64,000 nucleotides of DNA from Octopus sinensis (GCF_006345805.1 NC_043023.1:1984001-2048000), one strand, 5' to 3'; numbered from the stretch's first letter, positions 1 through 12,040 are shown. Numbers and translations: made by a program. The notes: a model not told the origin generated them from the letters alone.

Positions 1-432
1 TAAAGGTGTGCCCCTGGCAGAGGTTGATACTTTGAATACATTTCAGATGGTGTTGGTGGTAGTGGTAGTAGAAATGCTAGTATAGGAGCATTTCTGGTGG
101 TGGTAAAGTGTGGTGGTGCTGGCGCTAGTATAGGTGTATTCCCAGCATTGATGATGACGGTGGTGATGGTGCTGGCACAGGCAGGTGTGTTTCCAGTCAT
201 GGTGATGCACTGGTGTGGTAGTACAGATGGTAGTATAGTATAGTATAGTGTAGCGTAGTGACCACATGATACAGTACAGCATGTAGTACAACATGATTCC
301 ACTGCATGGCAACCCAGAGGTTCGATCTGGCGGCTTGCAATATACAATCTTTGCACCATGACTACGGAGCTGTATAGACCCCACTGCAGCAGCAGTGGTG
401 GTGTCGAGGCTCTGCAGTGGTGGCTGTAGTTG

Positions 433-446
433 GTTTCCATAGCAAC
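433..446. promoter_or_regulatory. RFX X-box-like motif GTTTCCATAGCAAC
   Basis: 14-nt match to the X-box consensus GTHNYY-AT-RRNAAC, in a CpG-enriched non-repetitive segment. No expression evidence. Confidence 0.35.
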
Positions 447-583
447 GCGATACAGAATACAGCAGCCGTAGAGCGGTGGCAGCGATGGAGGTGAGGCAAG
501 ATGTCGATGGCAGAGCAGCAATATTTCTAAAGTGTTATTGTTTTCTTGGGTCCCTTGTCGCTGTAATAAGGATGCAGAGGAGC

Positions 584-608
584 GGGGTGGGGGTTAGGGG
601 GTGTGGGG
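584..608 (+). other. G-quadruplex-forming sequence
   Basis: GGGG-T-GGGGG-TTA-GGGGG-TGT-GGGG: four runs of at least 4 G with 1-3 nt loops. Confidence 0.55.
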
Positions 609-729
609 TGGCACGGTGCAGTGCTGGGTGGCGGGGTCTGCGCTGAGTCGGAGTCGGCAGCGGTGTGGAAAGAGAGTCTTGCTATAATGGTTTATGGCTT
701 ACCATTGTTGTCAGTGATACAGTCAACTG

Positions 730-871
730 CATTGTTACTACCACCACCACTACCACAACCACCACCACCACCAACACACCACCGCCTCCACTACCACTAT
801 AGCATTATTGCTATAACTACTACTACTACTGCAACTACCAGCACCACCACTACCAACACCATTATTGCTAT

Positions 872-910
<39 letters not shown>

Positions 911-3200
911 CAGCACCACCACCGCCTCCACTACCAACACCATTATTGCTACTACTACTACTATTACTACTACCAGCAACACCACCGCCTCCACTACCAA
1001 CACCATTATTGCTATAACTACTACTACTACTACCAGCACCACCACCGCCACCACTACCAACACCATTATTGCTATAACTACTACTACCACCACCATCACT
1101 ACTACCACCTCCACTACCACTATAGCATTATTGCTATAACTACTACTACCATTACCACCACTACTACCACCTCCATTACTACTATAGCATTATTGCTATA
1201 ACTACTACTGCTACCACCACCACCACCACCAATACTGCCTCTACTACCAACAACACCTGTGGCTACTACTATCACCACTAACACTGCCTCCACTACTAAC
1301 ACCACCTCAACACTACTACCACTACTACCACCACCACCACTGCCAACACATTATTGCTATAACTACTACTACTGCTACTACTATCACCACCACCACCACC
1401 ACTAACATTGCCTTCACTACCAACACCACCTGTGGCTACTACTACCACCACCAACACTGCCTCCACTACCAACACCACCTACAGCTACTACTACCACTAC
1501 TACCACGACCACTACTACCACGACCACCACTGCCAACACATTATTACTATAACTACTACTATTGCCACCACCACCACTAACACTGCCTTCACTACCAATA
1601 TCACCTGTGGCTACTACAACCACTACTACCAACACCAACACTGCCTCCACTACCAACACCACCTACAGCTACTACTACCACTACTACCACGACCACTACT
1701 ACCACGACCACCACTGCCAACACATTATTACTATAACTACTACTATTGCCACCACCACCACTAACACTGCCTTCACTACCAATATCACCTGTGGCTACTA
1801 CAACCACTACTACCAACACCAACACTGCCTCCACTACCAACACCACCTACAGCTACTACTACCACTACTACCACCGCCAACACTGCCTCCACTACCAACA
1901 CCATTATTACTATAACTACTACTACTGCTACTACTACCATTACCACCACTACTACCACCTCCACTACCACTATAGCATTATTGCTATAACTACTACTTCT
2001 ACCACCACCACCACCACCAACACTGCCTCCACTACCAACACCACCTGTGGCTACTACTGCCACCACCATTAACACTGCCTCCTACTACTACTGCCACTAC
2101 TACCACCATCACCTTAACTGACTACTACCACTACCACCACAACTCACTACTACTACTATCACCACCACCACCTACTATTGCTATAACAATACCACCTATA
2201 CTGCAACCACCACCTTCTGCTACTACTACCACCACCACCACCACCACCACTGCCTTCACTACAACACCACCTACAGCTACTACCACCACTACTAACACTG
2301 CCTCCACTACAAACACCCTTATTGCTATAACTACAACTACTACTACTAATGCTACAACCAGTACCACTACTACTGATACTACCATTGCTAACTTCACAAC
2401 TATTATTACTACCATTGCTACAACCACCACTGATACTATTACTGTAACTACAATTACTACTACTTCGACTACTACCACAACCACTTTCACTAATACTACC
2501 TCCACCACTACCACTGAGAGTATTACTATTGCTAATACTTTTACCACTACCACAAACATTATTACTACCACTACCACCACCACCACCACCACCACTAATA
2601 CTAATACCACTAACACTACTACTACTACAACCACCGACTCCCACTACTACTACTACCACCACCATCACCTACTACTGCAACTACTACCACTGCTACCTAC
2701 TACCACCTACTACCACTATCACCGCTACCTACTACTACCATTACCACCACCTACTACTACTATTACTACTACTACCACTGCTACCTACTACTACTACCAC
2801 TACTGCTGCTACTATCACCACCACCACAACTGACTACTACCATCACCTACTACTACTGCCACTACTCCCACCACCACCACCACCATAACTGACTACTACC
2901 ACCACCACTACAACTACCACCATCACTACAACTACCACCACCTACTACTACTATCATCACCACCTACTACTTCTACTACCACCACCACCACCACCAGCTA
3001 CTACCATCACTACCACCTACTACTACAACTACTGCAGCTACTACTACCACCACCTAGTATTACTGCTACTACCACCACCATCTACCAATACTACTTCTAG
3101 CACCACCTACGACTACTACTTCTGCTACTACCACCACATACAACCACTACTACCTCCTCCTACTACTACTACTACTACAGCCACCACCACCACTATTACT
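730..3200. repeat. (ACT/ACC)n complex minisatellite
   Basis: Recurring units such as accaacaccattattgctataactact, with ~185-bp higher-order duplications. This is the source of the poly-T/V/H ORFs. Confidence 0.95.
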
Positions 3201-3582
3201 ACAACTACAAATTTGTTATTATTTACTGTTTTTCCTGTAATTATTGTCATCATCATCATCATCATCACCATTTGGTAAAATTACTAGAGTGCTTGAACAA
3301 ACAAATACCTTGTGGTATTTCTTTTGACACTCTAGGTTTTGTGTTCAAATCCTGCTGAGGCCGATTTTGCATTTCACCCTTTTGGGGTTGATGAAAATAA
3401 ATACCCATTTAGTACCAGGATCAATGCACTCGACTACTACTACTAATACTACTACCACCACCACAACCACCACTACCACCTACAACTAATACTACCACCA
3501 CGACAAATGACTACTACTACCACCACCACCACCTACTACAACTATGGAGAAAAGAATTATTATTATTATTATTATTATTATT

Positions 3583-4140
3583 GAGTGAGAGAGCAGTGCA
3601 TGCCATCAAAGGGACACTGGAGTAAAATATACGAAGCCCAGTATACCCATCATGACTACCCGTCTGATAAGGGTACACTAGGCACATGCATCACAACCAT
3701 ATGTGCGCAATATGGTGATCTCATATCAAGATAAACAGCACATGACCTTGCAGGTGGGCCCCAGTTAGAATTTTCTTCTGGTTGAGTAACCCAACCTACA
3801 CAAAAGGTCCCTGAATAAGGGTTGTTTAAGGATGTTGAACGAAACACCTTTGTTTCCAGAGGTGAATTATTCACACCCCAAAGAATCCCTCTCAACACAT
3901 GGCTATGATGCTCCCCCACTATTCCTGCCCGTGATCAGAGATGCTCATATCATCAGCCACTAAGGGTCACGCTCAACTGGTTAAGGTCAAACAACTGACA
4001 AGCAAATCTGTGGTATTGAGCAGAATATTTGCTGTAGCCCAACTTTGATACCAAGACAAAACAATGTACATGATGACACTTCCAATCAGTTAAGATCAGA
4101 AGCCATGAGAGCCACTGCCTGGTACTGCATCAGGGCATTT
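3583..4140. mobile_element. ~550-bp non-coding interspersed element, copy 1, flanked by (ATT)n
   Basis: Collinear with 35501-36048. Both copies have (ATT)n on each side and no ORF. Confidence 0.75.
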
Positions 4141-4169
4141 ATTATTATTATTATTATGAGTGGTAAGAA

Positions 4170-4839
4170 GCTTGTTTCCCAACCACAGGGCCAGGCGGTC
4201 AATTGAGATTTCTACTGCAATGGTTTGAAGCATTTGAGGGAATGCATTCGGTGAAAGCAACCGGATCTGTGAAGCAAGTAGAACAGGATTCCTCACAATG
4301 ACGAAGCACCCTGTCATCAAACTCTCCTCACTTGTGAGTTTCTAGCAATCACCATCGCCACCACAACGACCATCACCACCACTCCACCACCATTGCCACC
4401 ACAACCACCATTCCCACAGCAGCCACCATCACCACTTCCATCACCACTACAACTACTACCATCACCCTAACAACAACCACTACCACCACCATTCCCACCA
4501 CACCACCACGACTGCCAACATCACCAACATCACCACCACCAACATACCATCACCCTCTGACGACACCTTCACCACCACCACCATCTCTTCTCCAAGATGA
4601 AAATACAGCCCCTAAATTGCTGTTTTAACAATGCTGTTGAGATCCCAAGTGAATTGCAGAAGGCCCTCAACTCAGAGAAAATGACTTCCAGGCTGGATTC
4701 CAAAAGTGGCAGGAACACTGGGACCAGTGAATTTCTGTACAAGGGGACAATTTCAAAGGGGATGATGTTAAAACTTTGGTAAATAACTTATTTTTTATTA
4801 AACATAACTCGTCCAGGAACCCTTTGATACCCATTCATA
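4170..4839 (+). mobile_element. Mariner transposon 3' relic interrupted by a 240-bp insertion
   Basis: Decayed frames QGQAVN*DFYCNGLKHLRE..PHNDEAPCHQ..EFLA, then HLFSKMKIQ..FNNAVEI..ENDFQAGFQKWQEHWDQ*ISVQGDNFKGD. ITR-like gtccaggaaccctttgatacc..ta at the end. Confidence 0.8.
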
Positions 4840-5067
4840 TTCATATATTTTGTATATCATTTATACTTCTTCTCATATTTCTTGCCATGACCAACACCAC
4901 TACTGCTAAAACTCCCTTTTCTCTTCCCCTGACCTGATTTTAGATCCAACCCCCTGCATGCACAAATTGTAACTAGTCCTCGTAATGCCTCCACCTCATC
5001 TAATGCCCCAGTGGCAGATAAAATAAATGTGAGCTGGTAGAAGTGTTTGCAACTACTACAGCATAGG

Positions 5068-5145
5068 CCCATGGGCAAATGGCGTAGTGGTTAAGAGCGC
5101 AGGCTACTAACCCCAAGATTCCGAGTTTGATTCTAGGTAGTGACT

Positions 5146-5178
<33 letters not shown>

Positions 5179-5267
5179 TTGAAAAATTCCTTAGGAATGA
5201 GAACCCAGGTTTGAAATTTTCCCAAGACACTTGATAAAGGCTGGAGGGTATATCAGCCGAAACGTTG
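5068..5267 (+). mobile_element. tRNA-headed short element with hammerhead-like 3' part
   Basis: A-box tggcgtagtgg and B-box-like gagtttgattc, internal (AAT)n, then TTGATAA-a-GGCTG..CAGCC-GAAACGTT. Truncated by the SINE starting at ~5272. Confidence 0.7.
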
Positions 5268-5439
5268 CATAAGGCGTAGGAGTGGCTGTGTGGTAAGTAG
5301 CTTGCTTACCAATCATATAGTTCTGGGTTCAGTTCCACTGCGTGGCACCTTAGGCAAGTGTCTTCTACTATAGCCTTGGGCTGACCAAAGTTCAAATTCC
5401 ACTGAGGTCAACTTGCACAGGTGCAAAAACGACGCTGTT

Positions 5440-5770
5440 ATCCTCATTCCATAAATGGTGACTTTTAATGGGTGGAGAGCTGAACCATCCTGGGGTACAG
5501 AGGATTCGCAATCTAGACTAGGGTCTGAAAGTTTACCACAACATAGAGGGTTACACCAGGGTTCCTCTGCTTTGTGGCAGAAGTAGGAAGAAAGAGTGAG
5601 AGAAAGTTGCGGTGAAAGAGTACAGTGGGGTTCACCACCACCTCCCGTCGGAGCCTCGTGGAGCTTAGGTGTTTTTGCTCAATAAACATTCACAATGCTT
5701 GGTCTGGGAATCGAAATTGCATTCATAAGACCATGAGTCTGCTGCTCTAACCACTGGGCCATTGCGCCTC
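5440..5770 (-). mobile_element. tRNA-derived SINE, family D
   Basis: Minus-strand head gcaatggcccagtggttagagcagc..ttcgattcccagacc. Same family as 10301-10590. Confidence 0.75.
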
Positions 5771-6002
5771 TGCTGCTTTTGTTGCTGTTGTTGTTGTTGC
5801 TGCTTTTGTCGTTGTTGTTGTTACCACTGTCGTTGCTACTGCTGCTGTTGTTGGTAAGAGTGATTAGGTGATGGTCTAGAGCTTAGGGGCGGGAGACCCC
5901 AGACCTTGGAAAAAAAAACTTTGGTCGTCTTGTTGTAGTCAAGGGCTCTTCGTTGACGCCCGACACCACTGGAAATGGAGATCTCCAGGTCCAAATTCTT
6001 GA

Positions 6003-6271
6003 ATGACTGCTGCTGTTGTGGTTGCTGCTGCAGTTGTTGCTATTGCTACTGTTGTTGTTGCTGCTGTTGCTGCTGCTGTTGTTGTTGCTGCAGTTGTTGC
6101 CGCTGCTGCTGCTGCAGTTATTGCTGTTGCTGCTGTTGTTGCTGCTGCTGCTGCAGTTATTGCTGTTGCTGCTGTTGCTGCTGTTGTTGCTGCTGTTGTA
6201 CTGTTGCTGCTGTTGTTGCTGCTGCTGTTGCTGTTGTTGCTGCCACTGCTGTTGCTGCTGTAGTTGTTGCC

Positions 6272-6303
<32 letters not shown>

Positions 6304-6495
6304 CATTATTGCTGCTGCTGTTGTTGCTGCTGCTTTTAGTGCTGCTGCTGTTGCTGTCACTTTTTATTGCTGCAGTTATTACCACTGCTCTTGTAATTAC
6401 TGTTGCTGTCGTTACCATAATTATCATCATTACTGTTGCTACTGCAGCACCTGCTGCTGCCGTTCTTGCTGCTGCTGCATCTGCTGCTGTTGCCG
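6003..6495. repeat. (CTG/TTG)n low-complexity tract
   Basis: Imperfect trinucleotide repeat; the minus-strand Gln frame contains stops. Confidence 0.9.
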
Positions 6496-6829
6496 TTCCT
6501 CCCTATTGTTCCCAGCATCCAAACAGGAAACAACTAAACAAACAAAAAACCAAAAGAAAAAACAAAATACCAAAACAAAACAAACCAACAAAACCAGAAG
6601 AGGTTTTGAGTTGAAGAATTTCCTGTCGTTGAGGAATGTTGTGTCTTTTAGTGACGCAAGAATTGGTCCTGGAATCGTCTGGAATGGTTTGGAATGGTAT
6701 GGAATGGTATGGAATGGTAATTCGGTCGGTGCGGTTAAATTTAGTGGAAGACAAAATAGGACAAAGGAAAATGTAAGTGGACAAGCAGGAAATAGTGATG
6801 GATGGACTGGACTGACCGATGGAGGGGAA

Positions 6830-7745
6830 ATGGTGGTGGTGGTGGTGGTGGTGAGGGTGGTGGTGGGGATGGTGGTGGTGGTAGTGTCGTCAGAGGATGA
6901 TGGCGTGTTGGTGATGTTGGTGGTGGTGATGTTGGCAGTCGTGGTGGTGCGGTGGGAATGGTGGTGGTAGTGGTTGTTGATAGGGTGATGGTAGTAGTTG
7001 TAGTGGTGATGGAAGTGGTGATGGTGGCTGCTGTGGGAATGGTGGTTGTGGTAGCAATGGTGGGGGGGTGATGGTCGTTGTGGTGGCGATGGTGATTGTG
7101 GTGGTGATAGTGGTTGTGGTGGCAGTGGTGGTGATGGTGGCAATGGTGGTGGGGTGGTGGTGATGGTGGTTGTGGTGGTGATAGTGGTTGTAGTGGTGAT
7201 GGTGTTTGTGGTGGCGATGGTGGTTGTGTTGGCAGTGGTGGTCGTGGTGGCAGTGGAGGCGATGGTGGTGGCGATGGTGGTGGTGGTGGTGGTTGTGGTG
7301 GTGATGGTAGTGGGGTGGTTGTGGTGGTGATGGTAGTGGGGTGGTGGCGATGATGGTTGTGGTGGTGATGGTGGTTGTGGTGGCAATGGTGGTCGTGGTG
7401 GCAGTGGAGGCGATGGTGGTGGCGATGGTGGTGGTGGTGGTGGTTGTGGTGGTGATGGTAGTGGGGTGGTTGTGGTGGTGATGGTAGTGGGGTGGTGGCG
7501 ATGATGGTTGTGGTGGTGATGGTGGTTGTGGTGGCAATGGTGGTGGGGTGGTGGTGATGGTGGTTGTGGTAGCGGTGGAAGTGGGGTGGTGGCGATGATG
7601 GTTGTGGTGGCAATGGTGGTGGGGTGATGGTGATGGTGATAGTAGTTGTGGTGGTGATGGTGGCGATAGTGCTGGTGGTTGTGGTGGTGATAGTGTTTGT
7701 GGTGGTGATGGTGTTTATAGTGGCAATGGTGGTTGCGGTGGAAAT
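6830..7745. repeat. (GTG/GAT)n low-complexity tract with ~120-bp internal duplications
   Basis: Repeated gtggtggcagtggaggcgatggtggtggcgatgg blocks. Confidence 0.9.
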
Positions 7746-7949
7746 GGTGGAAGTTAGGTGCAGAAAATTTCATCCTAAAATATCTATTTTCACTTTTTCT
7801 GAAAGTTGTGAGGACACAAAGTTAGGGTGGGTAGTATACAGTATGTATAATATTATTGCTCTAGTTGTTGTTGTTATCATTATTAAGACGGTGGCAATAT
7901 GGCAGAAACATTAGTACACTGGGCAAAATGCTAAGCAACATTTCATCCA

Positions 7950-8540
7950 CAGGCATGGCTGTGTGGTAAGTAGCTTGCTCCCCAACCACATGGTTCCGTT
8001 TTCGGTTCCACTGCATGGCACCTTGGACAGGTGTCTTCTGTTATAGCTTCAGGTTAATCAAAGCCTTGTGAGTGGATTTGGTAGACGGAAACTGGAAGAA
8101 GCCCGTCGTTTATTTATGTATATATGTGTTGCCAGCCTCACCTGGCCCCCGTGCCAGTGGCATGTAAAAAGCACCATCCGATCGTGGCTGTTTGCCAGAC
8201 TCGTCTGGCAGCTGTACCGGTGGCACATAAAAAGCACCATCCGATTGTGGCCGTTTGCCAGCCTTGCTTGGCCTCTGTGCCGGTGGCATGTAAAAAGCAC
8301 CATCCGATCGTGGCCGTTTGCCAGCCCCGTCTGGCAGCTGTGCCAGTGGCACGTAAAAAGCATCCACTACACTCACGGAGTGGTTGGCCTTAGGAAGGGC
8401 ATCCAGCTGTAGAAACACTGCCATATCAGACTGGAGCCTGGTGCAGCCTCCTGGCTTCCCAGACCCCAGTTGAACCATCCAACCCATGTTAGCATGGAAA
8501 GCGGACGCTAAACGATGATGATGATGATGATGATGATGAT
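7950..8540 (+). mobile_element. SINE family A 5' half joined to family C element with 4x63-bp internal array and (GAT)n tail
   Basis: Head ggctgtgtggtaagtagcttgc. Array period 63 (8130, 8193, 8256, 8319). Tail ggttggccttaggaagggcatccagc..aaacgatgatg. Confidence 0.85.
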
Positions 8541-8878
8541 GTGTGTGTGTGTGTCCCACCATCAACTGACAACCTGTGTTGTGTTTATGTCCTCATCACC
8601 TAGTGGTTTGGCATGTAAGTGTATGTTTGTCAGCTTATGTGTTTATGTTTATATGTCTACATGTAACACCAAATCATGCAAAAAGTTTGTCCAAAATTTC
8701 TATTGTTATTTTACTGGTTAGCTTTCTGTATTTACATATTTCTAGCCATTTCATGTAACTATCTACAACTACTAGATAATACACACCATTTAGTGACCCT
8801 GCAAAGTCCATATGCAATCTAGACCAAGGTATGTCCGTCTTTGGCTGAGATCGAATTTTTATAAACAGACACAGAATG

Positions 8879-8937
<59 letters not shown>

Positions 8938-9900
8938 GTATGGATGTATAGGCAGATGTAAAGAATACGTACACCACCTGTTTTTGGTGTAACAAAAGCC
9001 CTAATCCTAAACCTTACCTGAAACACCAGGAGCAGGTATTTCTTTACTTTTGCTTATATATATATATATATATATTAAAAAAAATTTTTTTTTACTTTTT
9101 TTCAGTCATTTGACTGTAGCCATGCTGGAGCACTGCCTTTACATATATATATAATATTTATGTGTTTAAGTCTTTGTGTCTGTGTTTGTCCCAATGCCAT
9201 TGCTTAACAACCAATGTTGGTGAGTTTGTCCCAATGACAGAGGTTTAGCAATAGGCACTAATAGAATAAGTACTAGGCTTACAAAGAATCCCCCGGTCGA
9301 TTTCGACTAAAACTCTTTAAGACATAGCTTCAGCATGGCCACTGTAAAATGACTAAAACAAGTAAAAGAATAAAAGAATATATAAACTGTGAGCATGCTT
9401 TATGCAGTTAATTAAAAACCTATTTAAAACACCTTTTTTAATTATGAATTTACAGCTTATAGTCTTTAAATAAAATGTTGATGTTTTCCCAGTGAATTTT
9501 TCTGGACATATTGAGACAATCATTCCGAAGACTTCCTCTTCATTTTACATCAAGCCAAGACATGCTGTCTGCTGTTCCTGCGTTATTCTTAAAGACATGT
9601 TTTCTTTAAATTTATAGACGTTTTATCAATTGTTCTTTTAACATTACAGCCATTCCATTTGTGATGTTTGAGTCTGAATATGTCCAGCAAGACAGAAAAT
9701 GTTGATAAATTGTGAATCTGTGATATACATGTCACTGCAATGTTAATTAGCTTATGTAAGTGATTCCAATTTATCATTGTCCAAAGTGAATTTTGGAAAG
9801 CATCAGTATGTATTTAGACATTATGTATAATTGATAAAATCATATACAGACTTTATCTTTGATTATAATTGATATGTGTATTTACACACATATATATATA

Positions 9901-10294
9901 CTAGCAGTATCGCCCGGCGTTGCTCGGGTTTGTAAGGGAAATAACTATAAAGCATTTTTAGAGAGTTATAGCCAAAAAATAGCAAAAAATGCATTAAAAA
10001 TGGAAAAAAAATCATGGTAAATTTTTTTTTAAATCGTTGACTCATCGTAGACATTTTTAGAGAGTTATTTCCCTTATATTTAAAAAAATATGCATTAAAA
10101 TGGAAAAAAATTATGGTAAATTATTTTTAAAATTGTAAACTCATCGTAGACGCGCGCTAATACCCAGAAGGGCTCGATATGAATCACGACTATAAGATAC
10201 CCGGTTTTGGTTAAACTGAACCGCAAAATGTGGGAGTAGTTAGGAATCTAAATTGGAGTAGACAGACACACAACCTTTCTTTTATATATAAAGA
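9901..10294 (-). mobile_element. Non-autonomous Helitron
   Basis: Minus strand starts TC, ends CTAG, has a subterminal hairpin (cccgagcaacgccggg) and sits between A and T. Confidence 0.8.
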
Positions 10295-10300
10295 TATATG

Positions 10301-10590
10301 GAGACACAATGGCCCAGTGGTTAGGGCAGCAGACTTGTGGCCGTAGGATCACGGTTTCGATTCCCAGACCAGGCATTGTGAGTGTTTATTGAGCGAAAAC
10401 ACCTAAAGCTCCACGAGGCTCTGTGGTGGCGATCCCTGCTGTACTCTTTCGCCCCCAACTTTCTCTCACTCTTTCTTCTGTTGGACTGCTCACTTAGCCA
10501 GCAGGGTGGCATCACTTGATGACTAAAAAAACAATGTGAAGCGCATTGTGACGAGTGATGTGTAGCAACATCTGATAGCCTGGTCCATCT
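10301..10590 (+). mobile_element. tRNA-derived SINE, family D
   Basis: A-box tggcccagtgg, B-box ggtttcgattcc; body matches 5440-5770. Confidence 0.75.
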
Positions 10591-10605
10591 GGATATGTAT
10601 ATATA

Positions 10606-10645
<40 letters not shown>

Positions 10646-10715
10646 ATATCCAGCCATCACCATGATCTAGCCACTAATGCATTTTTTATTCTCTCTGCTT
10701 ATTTTCTCATGTTCC

Positions 10716-10749
10716 TTTCTGTTGAAGAGCATAGGCTCGAAATGTAAAA
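10716..10749 (+). ncRNA. Hammerhead-like fold, variant core CUGUUGA
   Basis: UUU-CUGUUGA-a-GAGC(auag)GCUC-GAAA-ug-UA/AAA. A6 is replaced by U and stem I is only 3 bp. Confidence 0.35.
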
Positions 10750-10903
10750 AACGCTTCCTCACCTTCCTGAGCATTACCCTAATACACCCGTTTGCTGTTT
10801 ACACAACTATCTCGTCTTTTGTTTTTTATATATATGTGTATGTATGTATGTATATATATTTATATATATATATATATATGTATATGTATGTATGTATGTA
10901 TAT

Positions 10904-10961
<58 letters not shown>

Positions 10962-10990
10962 TACATATATATATATAATATATATATATG

Positions 10991-11940
10991 GGTGGAATTC
11001 TAGTTTGAGCAGCCCATGTAACCCTTCATAGGTGTTTTATCCTTTGGAATTTTCAGAATATGTTTGTGAATTTGAGTTCTACACATGGGAATTCATATGA
11101 TTATGCAAACAAATTTTTGGAGTGTGATTCAGAAGTGATTTAGCTGTTGTTTTTAGCACATCTCATGGCCACCTGACACCTTCCTCGTTTCTTTGTCACT
11201 CTAACGTATATTGATGGTTTTCAATATTTCTCTCCCCATAAACACATTTAATGGAATAATGATGAACCAAGGATGGTCCACTACTGGGATTTAAGTAAAA
11301 GATTCAGACTCACCATATTTTAAACTCTGATTTTTAGCAGAAAGTTGGAAAAGAATGGAACTTTTATGATTTATGAGTGGGGAGGATTTCAAAAAATCAA
11401 AGAACAATTTGTTTCATTATCATTTGTAGGAGTGGCTATGCAGTAAGTAGCTTGCTTATGAACCACCTGATTCGGAGTTCAGTCCCACTGCATTGCACCT
11501 TGGACAAGTGTCTTCTACTATAACCTCGGGCTGTCCAAAAGCTTGTGAGTGGATTTGGTAGACGGAAACTGAAAGAAGCCCATTGTATATTTATGTATAT
11601 ACATATATATTTGTGTGTGTATATGTTTGTGTCTGTGTCTGTCCCCTGCAACATCGCTTGACAACCTATGCTGGTGTGTTTACATCCCCGTAACTTAGCA
11701 GTTCGGCAATAGAGAACCGATAGAATAAGTACTCGGCTTACAAAGAATAAGTCCTAGGGTCGATTTGCTTGACTAAAGGCCGTGCTCCAGCATGGCCACA
11801 GTCAAATGACTGAAATAAGTAAAAGCGTAAAAGAGTATTTGAATTCCTGTCTGTAGAAGACAAATTTGCAAACATTTTCTGAAATTCCAAAAAATAAAAA
11901 ATGCGGGATTTAATGGGGGCTCAAACCAGAATTCCACTGA
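10991..11940. mobile_element. Degenerate inverted-repeat element (~100-bp arms) containing a SINE
   Basis: gtggaattctagtttgagc..ttggaattttcagaatatgtttgtgaatttgagttctaca (10991-11095) is mirrored by tgtagaagacaaatttgcaaacattttctgaaattccaa..gctcaaaccagaattccac (11841-11940). Confidence 0.45.
11426..11835 (+). mobile_element. SINE family A, full length
   Basis: tRNA-like head, ccttggacaagtgtcttc core, internal (TA)/(TG), tail gactgaaataagtaaaag. Confidence 0.9.
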
Positions 11941-12040
11941 AATTTTTCCGCAGTTTTGACCCGACTGTATTTGAGGTTGCTAATGAAATATCTGGATCAT
12001 TTTTGGTGTTTAACAATCAATATTCATTTCTCTCAGTGAA

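Noticed and set aside
603-2900. Long Thr/Val/His-rich ORFs (also 5975-7773, 25613-26428, 30256-31389, 53260-54790, 58027-58768)
   Set aside because: Translations of trinucleotide repeats, open in several frames on both strands, with no domain or splice signals.
5075-5145. Possible tRNA gene (also ~10305-10365)
   Set aside because: A/B boxes are present but the cloverleaf is incomplete and runs into repeat bodies; these are SINE heads.
6652-6772. Possible plus-strand exon (tcttttag..aat|gtaagt)
   Set aside because: Half of it is a (TGGAATGGTA)n repeat and the peptide is unrecognisable.
8130-8370. CRISPR-like repeat/spacer pattern
   Set aside because: The variable parts are homologous to each other, the array is inside a SINE, and there are no cas genes in this eukaryotic context.
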